Source: Oligoflexales bacterium (GTDB lineage: Bacteria; Bdellovibrionota_B; Oligoflexia; Oligoflexales; JAPPIL01). Taken from it: 64,000 nucleotides of DNA. A program made the position numbers and the translations under genes. The stretch covers positions 576,001-640,000 of the forward strand of contig OZ244057.1 in assembly GCA_965215515.1 (NCBI GenBank), read 5' to 3'. This document shows, piece after piece, positions 1 to 9,933 of the stretch (positions within the stretch are counted from its first letter, which is position 1; each line of letters begins with the position of its first letter). The notes under the pieces were generated by a model. It ran no database searches and was not told where the DNA came from. It saw only the letters and a list, made by a program, of their open reading frames with translations.

Positions 1-126
1 ATTTTCATGTTACTGCTTGTAAGACTATGCCTTGAGAATATTACAACTTCGTTGAATACTGGCGTGTCCAGTCTTACATTACGGTTGTGTATTTATGGGT
101 AAGTGTGTTAGGCGGGTAAAATCTGT

Positions 127-1143
127 TTGTTATTAAGGAACTGGGCTGCCATGTATAAATTTCCTTTGATGGTAGTTGTTGTGTTGTTTGTCGCATCGCA
201 GCTCGCGGCGGCGCAGGGAGGTGGGTTGGCGGGGCTGCGGACGGTTTTCCCCCGTCTGTTAGCTAGGATGCAGGCACAGGAGCTGGCCACGATGGAGATC
301 GAGTTAGCTGCGGCTGCGTCTTTACGGCAGCTCGCGGTTGTGGTGGATGGTAGGGCGGTGTCGTCGCCGCAGCTCGGCAAGCCGCTGCCGCCTCTTGTGC
401 AGGCGAGGATGATGTTACATGAGCGGGAAGCGTTGTTGGCTGTGTTGCGCAGCTCGCGTCATACTATCCGTACTTCTCTGCGTAGTATCGTCCGTCTCGC
501 GGGTGAGGGTGAGGTCGTGGTGCGGCATGCTGGTGGTGCTACGCAGCAGGTTGTTCTGGAGAAGGCTAGTCTTTCTGCCGCGACGGATTTTTACACTCAA
601 AACGTGCGGGAGTTGGTGGGGGAAGGGGTGTTTGTTATTGTCGGTAGCAAAGAGCCTCTGTCCATGCTCAGCCTCAGCGATTATCTCAAGGAGCATGGCA
701 AGCATGTTGTTTCTTTGTTGATGCGAGTAGGGGAGCGGAAAAGAACGGGTCGTCGGGACATTGCCCGTGCCTTGCGTGAGCTGGGCAGCGCGGGCGACGG
801 TGCTTATCTGCCTGAGCGGGGGCGTACTGCGGTGGTGGGCACAGATTTTGCGGTACGTACCACGGCGCGGGCTGAGCCTATCATCGACGCAGGGGAAGAA
901 ACGGCACTGCTCGGGATCGAGACCAAGGCTGATATTTTTGAGTTTGCTGCACGTCTCGCGGCGACGAGGGGTGATGGCGAAGCGGTGCGGGCGAATTTGC
1001 GCAGTGTTCTTGCCCTCAACAACGATAGCGATCGTCTCACGATGACGATTGCTGTGCAAGACGGGGAGGTAGTTTTATTGAACGAAGCAAATTTGTTTGA
1101 GGTGCAGCGATTGTACTTACAAATTTTTGCTCCTACCGAGTGA
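127..1143 (+). CDS. Hypothetical exported protein (likely ATG start at 151)
   Basis: Long ORF with signal-peptide-like N-terminus (MYKFPLMVVVVLFVASQLAAA); no recognisable domain. Confidence 0.6.
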   Translation: MLLRNWAAMYKFPLMVVVVLFVASQLAAAQGGGLAGLRTVFPRLLARMQAQELATMEIELAAAASLRQLAVVVDGRAVSSPQLGKPLPPLVQARMMLHEREALLAVLRSSRHTIRTSLRSIVRLAGEGEVVVRHAGGATQQVVLEKASLSAATDFYTQNVRELVGEGVFVIVGSKEPLSMLSLSDYLKEHGKHVVSLLMRVGERKRTGRRDIARALRELGSAGDGAYLPERGRTAVVGTDFAVRTTARAEPIIDAGEETALLGIETKADIFEFAARLAATRGDGEAVRANLRSVLALNNDSDRLTMTIAVQDGEVVLLNEANLFEVQRLYLQIFAPTE

Positions 1144-1272
1144 TCCAAACGAGAATGAGTTGCCGATTTTCAGGACGCATCGCTGCTCCGCCGATCCTAC
1201 TGAATTGACTTGATTTTTACGGGTGCTCGCGGTAGTTTCAGGGGAAGGTGATCGTTGCTCGGGAGCAGTAGG

Positions 1273-1957
1273 GATGAGTGGTAAGGGAAAACCGCCAGTG
1301 CGGGAGGAGAGGCTCGATCGTTTCGAGGCGGCTTTAGCGGCCGAGCGCGAAGCGCGCGCCGCTGACCGCAAAGACTTCGAGGACAAGCGCAAGGCTGACC
1401 GCAAAGATTTCGAGGACAAGCGCAAGGCTGACCGCAAAGATTTCGAGGACAAGCGCAAGGCTGACCGCAGGGATTGGGCGGTGAAGATAGGCGAGATATC
1501 CAGCATGTGGGGACAGCTGGCTGAGTTTGTGATCAAGTCGGGTATTCTCGCGACCCTCGACGGTCACGCGGGTATCAGTGTCGATGATCTCGTTCCCAAC
1601 GTCGATGTGTATTGCCCCCAAGCGGGGGGCGAGGATGAATACGGCGAGATCGATATCGTTGCTAGCGGTGAACGTGACATCGTAGTCGTTGAAACCAAGG
1701 TAACCATGCACCACGATGATATCGGTAGATTTGTGGACAAGTACCTACGCAATTTCCCGCGTTGGAAACCTTGCTCGCAATATATTCTTCTCCCCGCTTG
1801 CCGCGGCAAGCGGGTCTTTGGTTGTTTGGCCTATGCGAAAGCGAACGCGAGTGTTGAGAAGACGGCGGTTAAGGCGGGGTTGATCACTGTGCATGTTTTT
1901 GGCGACAGCAGCAAGCTAGCCCACCCCGACACCGAACTGACCGACTTCCATCTTTAG
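1273..1957 (+). CDS. Coiled-coil repeat plus PD-(D/E)XK nuclease-fold protein (DUF3782-like)
   Basis: ADRKDFEDKRK repeats followed by EIDIVASGERDIVVVETK (D...ExK motif). ATG at 1273 preferred over the ORF-track start at 1223. Confidence 0.6.
1361..1469 (+). repeat. 33-bp in-frame tandem repeat, about 3.3 copies
   Basis: gctgaccgcaaagaYttcgaggacaagcgcaag at 1361, 1394 and 1427, plus a partial copy at 1460. Confidence 0.95.
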
Positions 1958-1986
1958 ACCTTGTATCCCTTCGGAAGGTCACTCAC

Positions 1987-2943
1987 ATGTATTTTGAACA
2001 CCTGATCGCCAAGCGACAGCAGGATTATCTTGCTCCTTCTGTTGCGTTGCACGGGGTGCGCCAGCGGGCGATTGCAATCCTCAAACAGCAGTGGGTGCGT
2101 TACCGAGCGATCTTTGCTACGCCTGCACATCTCGCACAACATGTAAACTTTCGCGGTGATGCCGTTACTATCGGGGCGGCGGAAGAACTGGGCACTGCGG
2201 CACAGCGTACGTTACGGCAACATTGCCAGGCCTTCAAGCCGTGGAAAAAGGGCCCTTGGTCGTTGTTTGGTATCGACATCGATGCGGAATGGCGCAGTGA
2301 TTGGAAATGGCAGCGGCTGGCGAAGAAACTTAACGGTGTGCAAAATAAAAAAATCGCCGACATCGGTTGCCACAACGGTTATTTTATGTTTCGTCTCGCC
2401 GCACAAAACCCCTCTCTCGTGGTGGGGTTTGAGCCTAATGCACGTTGTTATTTTAATTTTCATTTCTTGCAACGCTATGCTCAAGTGGCAAACCTCTACT
2501 TCGAGCCGTTCGGTGTTGAACATCTCCAGCATTATCCTGTCTTTTTCGATCTTGTCCTCTGTCTCGGCATTCTTTATCATCATACTGATCCTGTTGCGAT
2601 TTTGCGCCGCATTCATCACAGTCTTGTTGCGGGCGGGCGTGTGTTGATCGATTGTCAGGGGATCAACAGTTCTGCACCTATGTTGCTCTTGCCTGCGCGG
2701 CGTTATGCGGGGGCGGCGGGTATATGGTATTTACCTTCCCCGACAGCTTTACGGCATTGGCTGCAACGCAGTAATTTTCGCCGTATCAACTTTTTTTACG
2801 AAGACTATCTCTCCGCGGCTGAACAGCGCCGTACTGCCTGGGCTGATATCGCTAGTCTTGCTGACTTTGTCTGCCACGAGACACACACTACGGTGGAAGG
2901 TTACCCCGCACCGTGGCGGATGTATGTGGAGGCGTACAAGTGA
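1987..2943 (+). CDS. cmoB: tRNA U34 carboxymethyltransferase CmoB
   Basis: PWKKGP, IDAEWRSDWKW, DIGCHNGY, CLGILYH and TVEGYPAP motifs typical of CmoB. Confidence 0.92.
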   Translation: MYFEHLIAKRQQDYLAPSVALHGVRQRAIAILKQQWVRYRAIFATPAHLAQHVNFRGDAVTIGAAEELGTAAQRTLRQHCQAFKPWKKGPWSLFGIDIDAEWRSDWKWQRLAKKLNGVQNKKIADIGCHNGYFMFRLAAQNPSLVVGFEPNARCYFNFHFLQRYAQVANLYFEPFGVEHLQHYPVFFDLVLCLGILYHHTDPVAILRRIHHSLVAGGRVLIDCQGINSSAPMLLLPARRYAGAAGIWYLPSPTALRHWLQRSNFRRINFFYEDYLSAAEQRRTAWADIASLADFVCHETHTTVEGYPAPWRMYVEAYK

Positions 2944-3059
2944 CTTTCGTTAGCTGTGTTTTATCCTGAGTTCCGCAGGTAAATTTCCCAACATACTGTA
3001 ATTACAGGGATGTGCTTCCTGTGTAGGGCACTACATGTGCGCAAGTTTTGCGCAGTAGT

Positions 3060-3500
3060 TTAGAGCTTAAAGGGTGCAGAGGAGCATTTCAGTCCGACGA
3101 TGCGGTAGAGGTTTTCGGCCCGCGGGGAGGCTTTTATGTTAGGCATGCCGTACAGCTCTCCTGTCTTGATATGCCGCAACAGGGTAAATCTTGTCCGCCT
3201 GAGCGTGTCGCACAAATTCTCATAGCTGATCGTCTCGCCTTGCCGCATCCTGTAACGACACATTAACTGACGGACAAGGGCATAGGTGGTGGTAATCAAG
3301 GCCACCACCACCTGTGTTTCCTTTTCTTGTATTATTGCATTCAAGAGATGCCAACCTGTCACTGTCATAAACGCGTAGGGCGTTGCCATTGGTGCTGATC
3401 CTTGTTCAATATAGAAAGGCTCTCCAAAATCAGCAAAGTAACCTCTCAGTTCATCTTCCGTATCAGATGGCAACTTCGGCAGTGGAAATGCCTTTAACAT
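3060..3500 (-). pseudogene. Transposase C-terminal fragment (IS1634/IS4-like), probably chimeric
   Basis: The C-terminal part ISYENLCDTLRRTRFTLLRHIKTGELYGMP...AENLYRIVGLK resembles IS1634-family transposase C-termini; no DDE core present. Confidence 0.45.
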
Positions 3501-3696
3501 ACTAAGTTTAAGCGAGTGTCCAAACCTTTGTTAGGCTTCAGTTGATTTGTTGCCGCTGTAGACAGGGAAAATGGGTGCAACGCGTATACCAGAGGCATTT
3601 GCTCTTCTTTATTCAGTGGTGATGGTTGTAACTTACGTCTTGGCGAACGAACAACGATCTTGGCAGGCATCCTGCTGCGGATGTTGATGATAAGCT

Positions 3697-4764
3697 TTGT
3701 CATCTTTGCCATCGGCTTACTCACGCTTTGTCTACTGCTATGCCAAAGCTGAGTTAACGGTGCATGCCTACTGGAATCGTCCGTTCCCCATGCCTGTCGA
3801 TATTACTGAAATCTGGAAAACTTTTTACTATGCCTTTGAGACCGATAACATGTCTCGCTGGCGTGAAGTGCTTGCCATGCGTGTCCCGCTACGCATCGGC
3901 TCGATGTCCGATTCTTTTATGTTTATAGATAAGAAATACCAAGTCACACAAGAACTGCTCAAAATTATCAACTACTACGATTATCCTTATATCATCTTTA
4001 CGCGTTCCGATTTGATTGCCCACGATGAATATATGTAGTTGCTACGTGCTGATCTTTGTTCAATACAGATGAGTATTGCTTCGATTGACGATACCATGAA
4101 CCGCCTGATAGAGCCAGGTGCACCTAGCGCTAAGCGGCGACTGCTAGCTTTACAAAAACTGGTGCGTAGTGGCTTTTGGACGACAGCAAGGCTTAACCCC
4201 TTCTTCCCTATCTATCCCGATGGTTATTTCACTGATCCTAACTTTGATCGTAACAATATGCCTGCACCCTTCCACTATTCCAGTTTTGACATAGTAGATG
4301 CTGTTGCTGAACACGGCGTGCCAGCGATTTTAGCGGGTATTGTCAGACTTTCGAGTTTTTCTCTCAATCAAATAGAAAAGGCTAGCGGGCGAAATTTGCG
4401 AGAATTTTACCGCGACGATACTAAAAAGACGGCGATCTTCACCGAGAAAAAATCGCGTGACTTTCACTATAGCGATGCCGAGATCAGAGCCTACTATGAG
4501 CGTATCCATGCCAAGTGTGTGCAAAGAGGCATGCAATTCACCACCTGCTACATCGGTAATGGTGAGAATCATTTTTGGCAAGACCAAGACCTGTGGTCTA
4601 ATAAGAAAGACTGCTGCAATGCCATCGACCGCGTTGAAAAATTTGCTAAAACCAAAACCGCGCGTGATATAACTTGGGATGTAAGGATGAAACACACTAA
4701 CAACAAGTGCCTCAAGCCTTACGACAAAAGCACTTTGCATCGCCCCCTCAACCATCATGACTAA
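3697..4764 (+). pseudogene. Radical SAM protein (SPL-like), N-terminally damaged and split by an in-frame TAG at 4036-4038
   Basis: Partial cluster motif VYCYAK, then PLRIGSMSD, IFTRSDL, IEPGAPSAKRRL and ARLNP. ORFs 3697-4038 and 4039-4764 are in the same frame. Confidence 0.7.
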
Positions 4765-5143
4765 AAAAACCTACACAGGTATCAACATTCAATGGCCTAT
4801 CTCCAGAGAAATTCTTGCAGGCAGAAAAACCATCGAAACCCGCATCTACCCTATCCCACCACACTATCTTAACAAAGACATGCTACTAATCGAGACCCAT
4901 GGTTGCACAGGTAAATTCAAGTCTCGTATTACTGCTATCATCAAATTTACCAAGTGCTTCAAATACAAAGATCCTAAGTTATTCTATGCCGATTACCCCC
5001 GACACCGTGTAGATAAAAACTCCCCCTGGGCATGGGACAAACCGAAGTGGGGGTGGTATGTCGAAGTTGTTAGAGTTATCGACCCACCCGTTACTTTTTT
5101 GGGCAAGAAAGGTATTGTTTACACTAAGAATATTTTGGTTTGA
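4757..5143 (+). CDS. ASCH/PUA-like domain protein
   Basis: INIQWPISREILAGRKTIETR matches the ASCH GxKxxExR signature; start overlaps the upstream stop. Confidence 0.75.
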   Translation: MTKKTYTGINIQWPISREILAGRKTIETRIYPIPPHYLNKDMLLIETHGCTGKFKSRITAIIKFTKCFKYKDPKLFYADYPRHRVDKNSPWAWDKPKWGWYVEVVRVIDPPVTFLGKKGIVYTKNILV

Positions 5144-5167
5144 GGCTTTTACCATCACAGGCTAATA

Positions 5168-5745
5168 TCAAGCACCTTTATTCGCCCAGCCGTCAATGCC
5201 ACCATCATCGGATTTCTTCGGGTTGCACTCCCAGCCCATAAACCCACAGATTTTTTCGGCAAAGGTGTGACCACCCATTTCTAGCCACTCCGTTTTGGTG
5301 CGAGGAACGTTAAGCAAGTCAAATTCCGGTGTATCAGTTATTTTGCTGAGCCTATCACTGATAACCCGCACGGCCACAGGTGATACATCGCCCACAATAA
5401 ATTTTCTGTTGAGTTTAGCTGCCACAGCTGCTGTAGTCCCCCCACCACCAAAGCAGTCAAGCACTATGTCACCTTCATTAGTTGAGCATTTGATGATACG
5501 CTCAAATAGATGAATCAATTTAACTCTTTTTTCCATCCATTCTATGTAGGTAAGAATCTCACCTCTCCAGCGATCTTCAGAAGAGCGACGTTCGTAGCCA
5601 TTGCCCCAAATAATTTCATAGTTTTTGTTTGAGAAAAAAGGCGGGTCAATGTAACACACATCAACCGATGCGGGCGGTATATCCTCAAGCCAATCTATAC
5701 AATCTCCACAGATAACATAGTTCTGCTTTGCGTCTATCTTTAATC
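5168..5745 (-). pseudogene. Beta-class N6A/N4C DNA methyltransferase fused to an Mrr-like nuclease; internally deleted and truncated
   Basis: Frame is open upstream of 5659 (ICGDCIDWLEDIPPASVDVCYIDPPF). DPPF lies only about 55 aa from LDCFGGGGT, so the target-recognition region is missing; the ORF ends just after DGGIDG. Confidence 0.7.
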
Positions 5746-6008
5746 TTTTCTTTGTTGGAAAATCAACAATGTTTTTTCTATGTTGCTCTTTCCTTAACGA
5801 AATGTCCGCACCCCCCTACAAGGGTGTGGACGCAAATTGCATATCGGATTGGATGGTGGAGAATGAAGGTGTATACCCTTGGATTCCTTCTCCACTTGGC
5901 GGAAGACTGGGCGAAGGATTTGCTAGTTATTTTAGAAAGTTGCCGTAACACTTCGGCATGTGAAAATCAGGGCAAATCCAAGCTACAGCAGTAACTAGCT
6001 CTTTAAGC

Positions 6009-6776
6009 GTGCGAAACCAGTGGAGACGATGCGTGAGCAAGAAGAGTTTTTTGATACTGGAATGGGGACAGGGGGAAATTCACACATCGGCGTGGTTTCA
6101 AAAACGGAAAATCGGCCGCCCTCTTATCCACAAGTATTTGGCTACTGGTCTGTTACAACGGCTGGGGGGTGGAGCTTACCTCAAAGCTGGCGATCATCTC
6201 GATTGGCAAGCCGCCCTCTATGCCGCCCAAAATGAACTAAAGCTTCCCATGCATGTTGGCGGTCGCAGTGCACTTGAGCTGTTAGGAGTGAGCCATTACC
6301 TGAATATGGGCAACAGACCTGCGGTATTTTTAATCGCAACGAGACGCTTTAGAATGCCTATCTGGATAAGAACAAACGACTGGGGAGTTGATCTTCGCGT
6401 CAGAACTTCCAGTATGTTCAAAGATGACATAGGCATCGAGATCTTGAAAAGGTCTAATTTTGCTTTAAAGATTTCTTCCCGTGAGCGGGCAATTATGGAA
6501 GTCATCGACACAGTAGATTTGAGCCATTTATTTGAGGAGATAGAACAGTATGCCGAGAATCTTTTAAACATTAGATCGAGCTTGACACAGAAATTGCTTG
6601 AGAAATGCGCATCTATCAGAACTAAACGTGTATTTCTTTACATAGCAAGCAAGATGAATTTACCTGTGGTTAAAAAACTACATATCGACAAGATAAATTT
6701 AGGCAGAGGCGACAGAACTATTGCTTTAAACGGAAAGTTTGACAAAAAATTTGCTATCACAGTGCCTGCTGAATAG
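6009..6776 (+). CDS. abiEi: Type IV TA antitoxin, AbiEi family
   Basis: N-terminal wHTH (LQRLGGGAY), HVGGRSALELLG, SSRERAIME, LLEKCASIRTKRVFLY. Confidence 0.8.
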   Translation: MRNQWRRCVSKKSFLILEWGQGEIHTSAWFQKRKIGRPLIHKYLATGLLQRLGGGAYLKAGDHLDWQAALYAAQNELKLPMHVGGRSALELLGVSHYLNMGNRPAVFLIATRRFRMPIWIRTNDWGVDLRVRTSSMFKDDIGIEILKRSNFALKISSRERAIMEVIDTVDLSHLFEEIEQYAENLLNIRSSLTQKLLEKCASIRTKRVFLYIASKMNLPVVKKLHIDKINLGRGDRTIALNGKFDKKFAITVPAE

Positions 6777-6788
6777 GAAAATAGCCGT

Positions 6789-6914
6789 ATGGAAGACAGA
6801 TATGTCGAACAGTTTGAACTTCTCCTTGATGTTCTTCCCGTTGTAATGTTGGAAGAGAGGTTCGCCCTGAAGGTTGTCATTTCATCCGCGAGGTTGTCTT
6901 TTTCTCGCTCTTAG
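6789..6914 (+). pseudogene. AbiEii toxin N-terminal stub
   Basis: MEDRYVEQFELLLDVLPVVMLEERFALK breaks off where the GGTA nucleotidyltransferase motif would begin. Confidence 0.7.
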
Positions 6915-6953
6915 TGGGGGGAAGTTTTTTCAATTTCATCATGGAGGTGCACC

Positions 6954-7781
6954 ATGTCAGTTGTTTTTGCAGTCGATAGGCAAGCCAAACACCCAAGTTT
7001 GCGGATGAGTGATTATTTTGCCAGAGACAGGGTATTCACACGTGTTGTGTTGGGTGAGCGTGATTGGCGGATAATGCGGTTGTTGTTTGAGAACAAGATC
7101 GTTAGCAGGGAGCAGATAGGTAACCAGTTCTTTCCCAATGTCTGCAAAGATACGGTGAACAGGAGATTGCGCAAGATTGCAGGGTTAGGCTTGATCAAAA
7201 AAACTACGGTGTATGTCGGACGCAGGGCAATTTCGGGCTACTCGCTGACACTACGCGGCCTTACCAAAATTACACCAACATTGCCTTACGAAGTAAAAAC
7301 CAAAGCTACACGCAGTGAATGTCCTCTGCATGACATCGCCCTGAACGATATTCGCAAGGTATTTGAAGCTAAAGACAAAGTGCAAAGCTACTACACCGAA
7401 AATATCCTGCAAACTCGTATATATTTCAAAAACAATGAGTGGTTCAAGCCATTCGTTGAACTGAACAGTGATGCGATGACCGAAGTAGATTCAAAAGTTG
7501 GCACGTTGTATTTGGCTATCGAATTCGACCTGACGCACAAAAGCCATCGCAGCTATAGGCGCAAGCTCTATGCCTATTATCGCCAACAAAAGATTGATGA
7601 AGTGCTCTACATCTGTGCGAACAGATACATTTTACACACCATACTGAAGCTAGATGCGGAGGCAGCAGAACGCCATCACTGTCACCCTAGATTGTATTTT
7701 GCTTTATTCGATGATGTCACTGGCAAGCATGATGAATTGCGTTTCACAAATGCGAACAAGCGCATTTTCTGTGTGCGTTAG
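6954..7781 (+). CDS. Replication-relaxation (Replic_Relax, MOBC-like) relaxase, copy 1
   Basis: wHTH N-terminus (ERD...VNRRLRK), HDIAL, SDAM...AIEFD; clear paralog of 40999-41796. Confidence 0.7.
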   Translation: MSVVFAVDRQAKHPSLRMSDYFARDRVFTRVVLGERDWRIMRLLFENKIVSREQIGNQFFPNVCKDTVNRRLRKIAGLGLIKKTTVYVGRRAISGYSLTLRGLTKITPTLPYEVKTKATRSECPLHDIALNDIRKVFEAKDKVQSYYTENILQTRIYFKNNEWFKPFVELNSDAMTEVDSKVGTLYLAIEFDLTHKSHRSYRRKLYAYYRQQKIDEVLYICANRYILHTILKLDAEAAERHHCHPRLYFALFDDVTGKHDELRFTNANKRIFCVR

Positions 7782-7940
7782 GGGCATGTAGGGTGCTCTT
7801 TGCTCCTGATGCCGAGATGATGTCGGGGTAAGCAGGCAAATCGAGATAACTTATTGATGTTACGTTATTTTTAGCGATGATATTTTCTCAGTCAAGAGAG
7901 CTACCACCATTATGTTTATTTTCACTTAAAATGAGGAACA

Positions 7941-9600
7941 GTGCCAACTGCGGGCGACTTGCTGCAGAAGCTCCCTGACAAGGAGAAGGCCAAGATCGCT
8001 AACACCTTGCTTGACGATGTGCGTAAACGCCTCGGCAATTCGAGATTGAGCCTAGTTGCTAATGATACACTAGACAATCTAGCCGTGGATTTCTGGCGCG
8101 TTTCGTCCACCGATCAGCGCGATGGCTACTCCCTCGACGCTCAGGAAAGCAAAGCGGTGGAGTATAAGAAAGCTGCTTGCCTTAAAAGCGTAAAATCTTG
8201 GGCGGTAAGTGAATCGGCATCGAAAGAGTTCGACCGTAAGAAATTCTTTGAGATGATCGGTTTCGTCGTAGAAAATGGCATCAAGAATGTTGTCTTTGAC
8301 AAGATCGATCGTGCTTGTAGAGGTCTAAGGGCAGCTGTGCTGATTGAGGACTTAATCGAATCTGGTGTGCGCTTCTACTTAGGTGTTGTGCTGGCTAAGT
8401 GGTATATCGACAACCTCAAGACCGAGATCAAGAAGGGGCTAAATACGCGGCTAGCTGAAGGCTATTTCAACGCTAGAGCACCCGTTGGCTATATCAACGT
8501 CCGTCCTAAATTTGGCAAGGCTAACCTTGAGGTGCGAGAGGGGGTGGGAGCGTTCATAAGTGAGTGCTTTGAACTCTACAAGACGGGAAACTATTCCCGT
8601 TTAGACCTTGAGAAGCTCGGCATTGCGAAAGGTATCAGCTGGGAATCCGAGCAGCGGGTCTTCAATGAGAACGGCAGGAGCAAGTTAGTTCTCACCACAA
8701 AACACGTCACTGCCAAGATGGCTTGAAAATATCTTGGTAAACCCCGTCTACTGCCAGTGCAGACGGGTTGATAACAAAATCGTAAAGGTCGAGAACGCCA
8801 AGTGGCCAGATCTTACCTCCTACACAACCTTCATGGCTTGCCAGAAGGTAAAAGGGATCAGAGCAATGCAAAGCCACTCCAAAGCAGCCGTTAGCATCCC
8901 AAAACCGCTGATGCAGCTAATGATGTGCCGAGCATGTAGTCACACCGTGACAGGTGAGGTAAAACGCAAAGCTTCAGGCAAGACGTATGTGTATTACCAT
9001 TGTGCCAACCCGCGTTGCTCACAGCGTCGCATCAATACGGAACAGAGAGAGCTGTTTCGGCAGTTTGCCGTTGCCTTTGAACCATTTGCAAGGTTTACCC
9101 CTAAAGCCACTGCCGCCTTCTTGAAGCTGATAAGGGAGCGAGTGAAAGACATCAGCCTCTACTCGGTGGAAGCAGTTAACAAGTTGAAAGCGAAACAGGC
9201 TGAACTCAATCAACGCCTGCAGGAGATTGAAGACTTACAGCAGAAAGGTTTACTGTCGTCTAAAGAGCTAGCCAACCTCAAAGCGGCAAGAGATCAGGAA
9301 GTCGAGGCAGCTGAGGTTGAGATCGGTGCACACATAAAAGCTGATATGCGAACTTTAGAGGTTGGGCTAAACATCATCGAACTGCTAAAGAATGCCCGTG
9401 ACTTCATGCACTTAGATGGGTTTGAACTGGAAAAAGCACGACTGCTAAAAGCAATGCTATCGAACCCGACCTTGGAAGATGGAATTATTGAATTTAATTA
9501 CCGAAAACCGTTCGACGACCTCCTGCACTTGACAGGGGGTCGGAATTGGTGGAGTTTAGCAATCGCGACACAGAATCCGTGCTCATTCCACAATTCCTAA
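7941..9600 (+). pseudogene. Large serine recombinase, frameshifted near 8720
   Basis: RVSSTDQ, DKIDRACR, APVGY and a Zn ribbon (CRAC...YYHC). One extra G in aagatgGcttgaaaat separates KM from LENILVNP; a short deletion is likely at GVRF/YLG. Confidence 0.85.
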
Positions 9601-9609
9601 GGGCAAGGG

Positions 9610-9933
9610 ATGGCATCTACATACAGGGGAGCAGTAGCTAGCATGGCAGCAACGGGCGGCAAAGGTGCACTGAAGGGAGTGCTCTTCGGGGCGGCGATCG
9701 GTGCTGCTAGCAGCTACCTGATCCACAAGGCGTTGCAGAAAAGGGATAGCAAGACGAGGCGGCAGACGCTACTCAACCTCGATAAGTTTTCAGTCTCTGC
9801 ACCGACAAGAGGGCAAGGTGTACAGAACTTTCGGTTGTCAGCTCCTGACGTAGATGCGGGAACAATGTATAAAAAGCGTATGAACCACAAGGAGATGAAG
9901 GCACTGGTGCTGAAGGTTGTGGCGTGGAGCTAG
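9610..9933 (+). pseudogene. Chimeric remnant: glycine-zipper lipoprotein fragment fused to a recombinase N-terminus
   Basis: 5' part matches 41966-42412; 3' part matches 43058 (MYKKRMNHKEMKALVLKVVA); the intervening genes are deleted. Confidence 0.8.

Noticed and set aside
1361..1469. 33-bp repeats as a CRISPR array
   Set aside because: The repeats are contiguous, have no spacers and lie in frame within a CDS; no cas genes are in the window.
2944..3060. Left att direct repeat of the island
   Set aside because: No copy of the tRNA 3' end was found here, only short palindromes (ctgtaattacag; tgcgcaa-gtt-ttgcgca). The left boundary remains approximate.
3548..3557. tgttgccgct (and aagaaagcgg near 37200) as further copies of the lesion motif
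   Set aside because: Only 10-nt matches, compatible with chance; not counted.
4036..4038. In-frame TAG as pyrrolysine or stop-codon reassignment
   Set aside because: TAG terminates intact genes here (for example dnaE, hflC and both relaxases), and this gene's N-terminus is also damaged, so a nonsense mutation is simpler.
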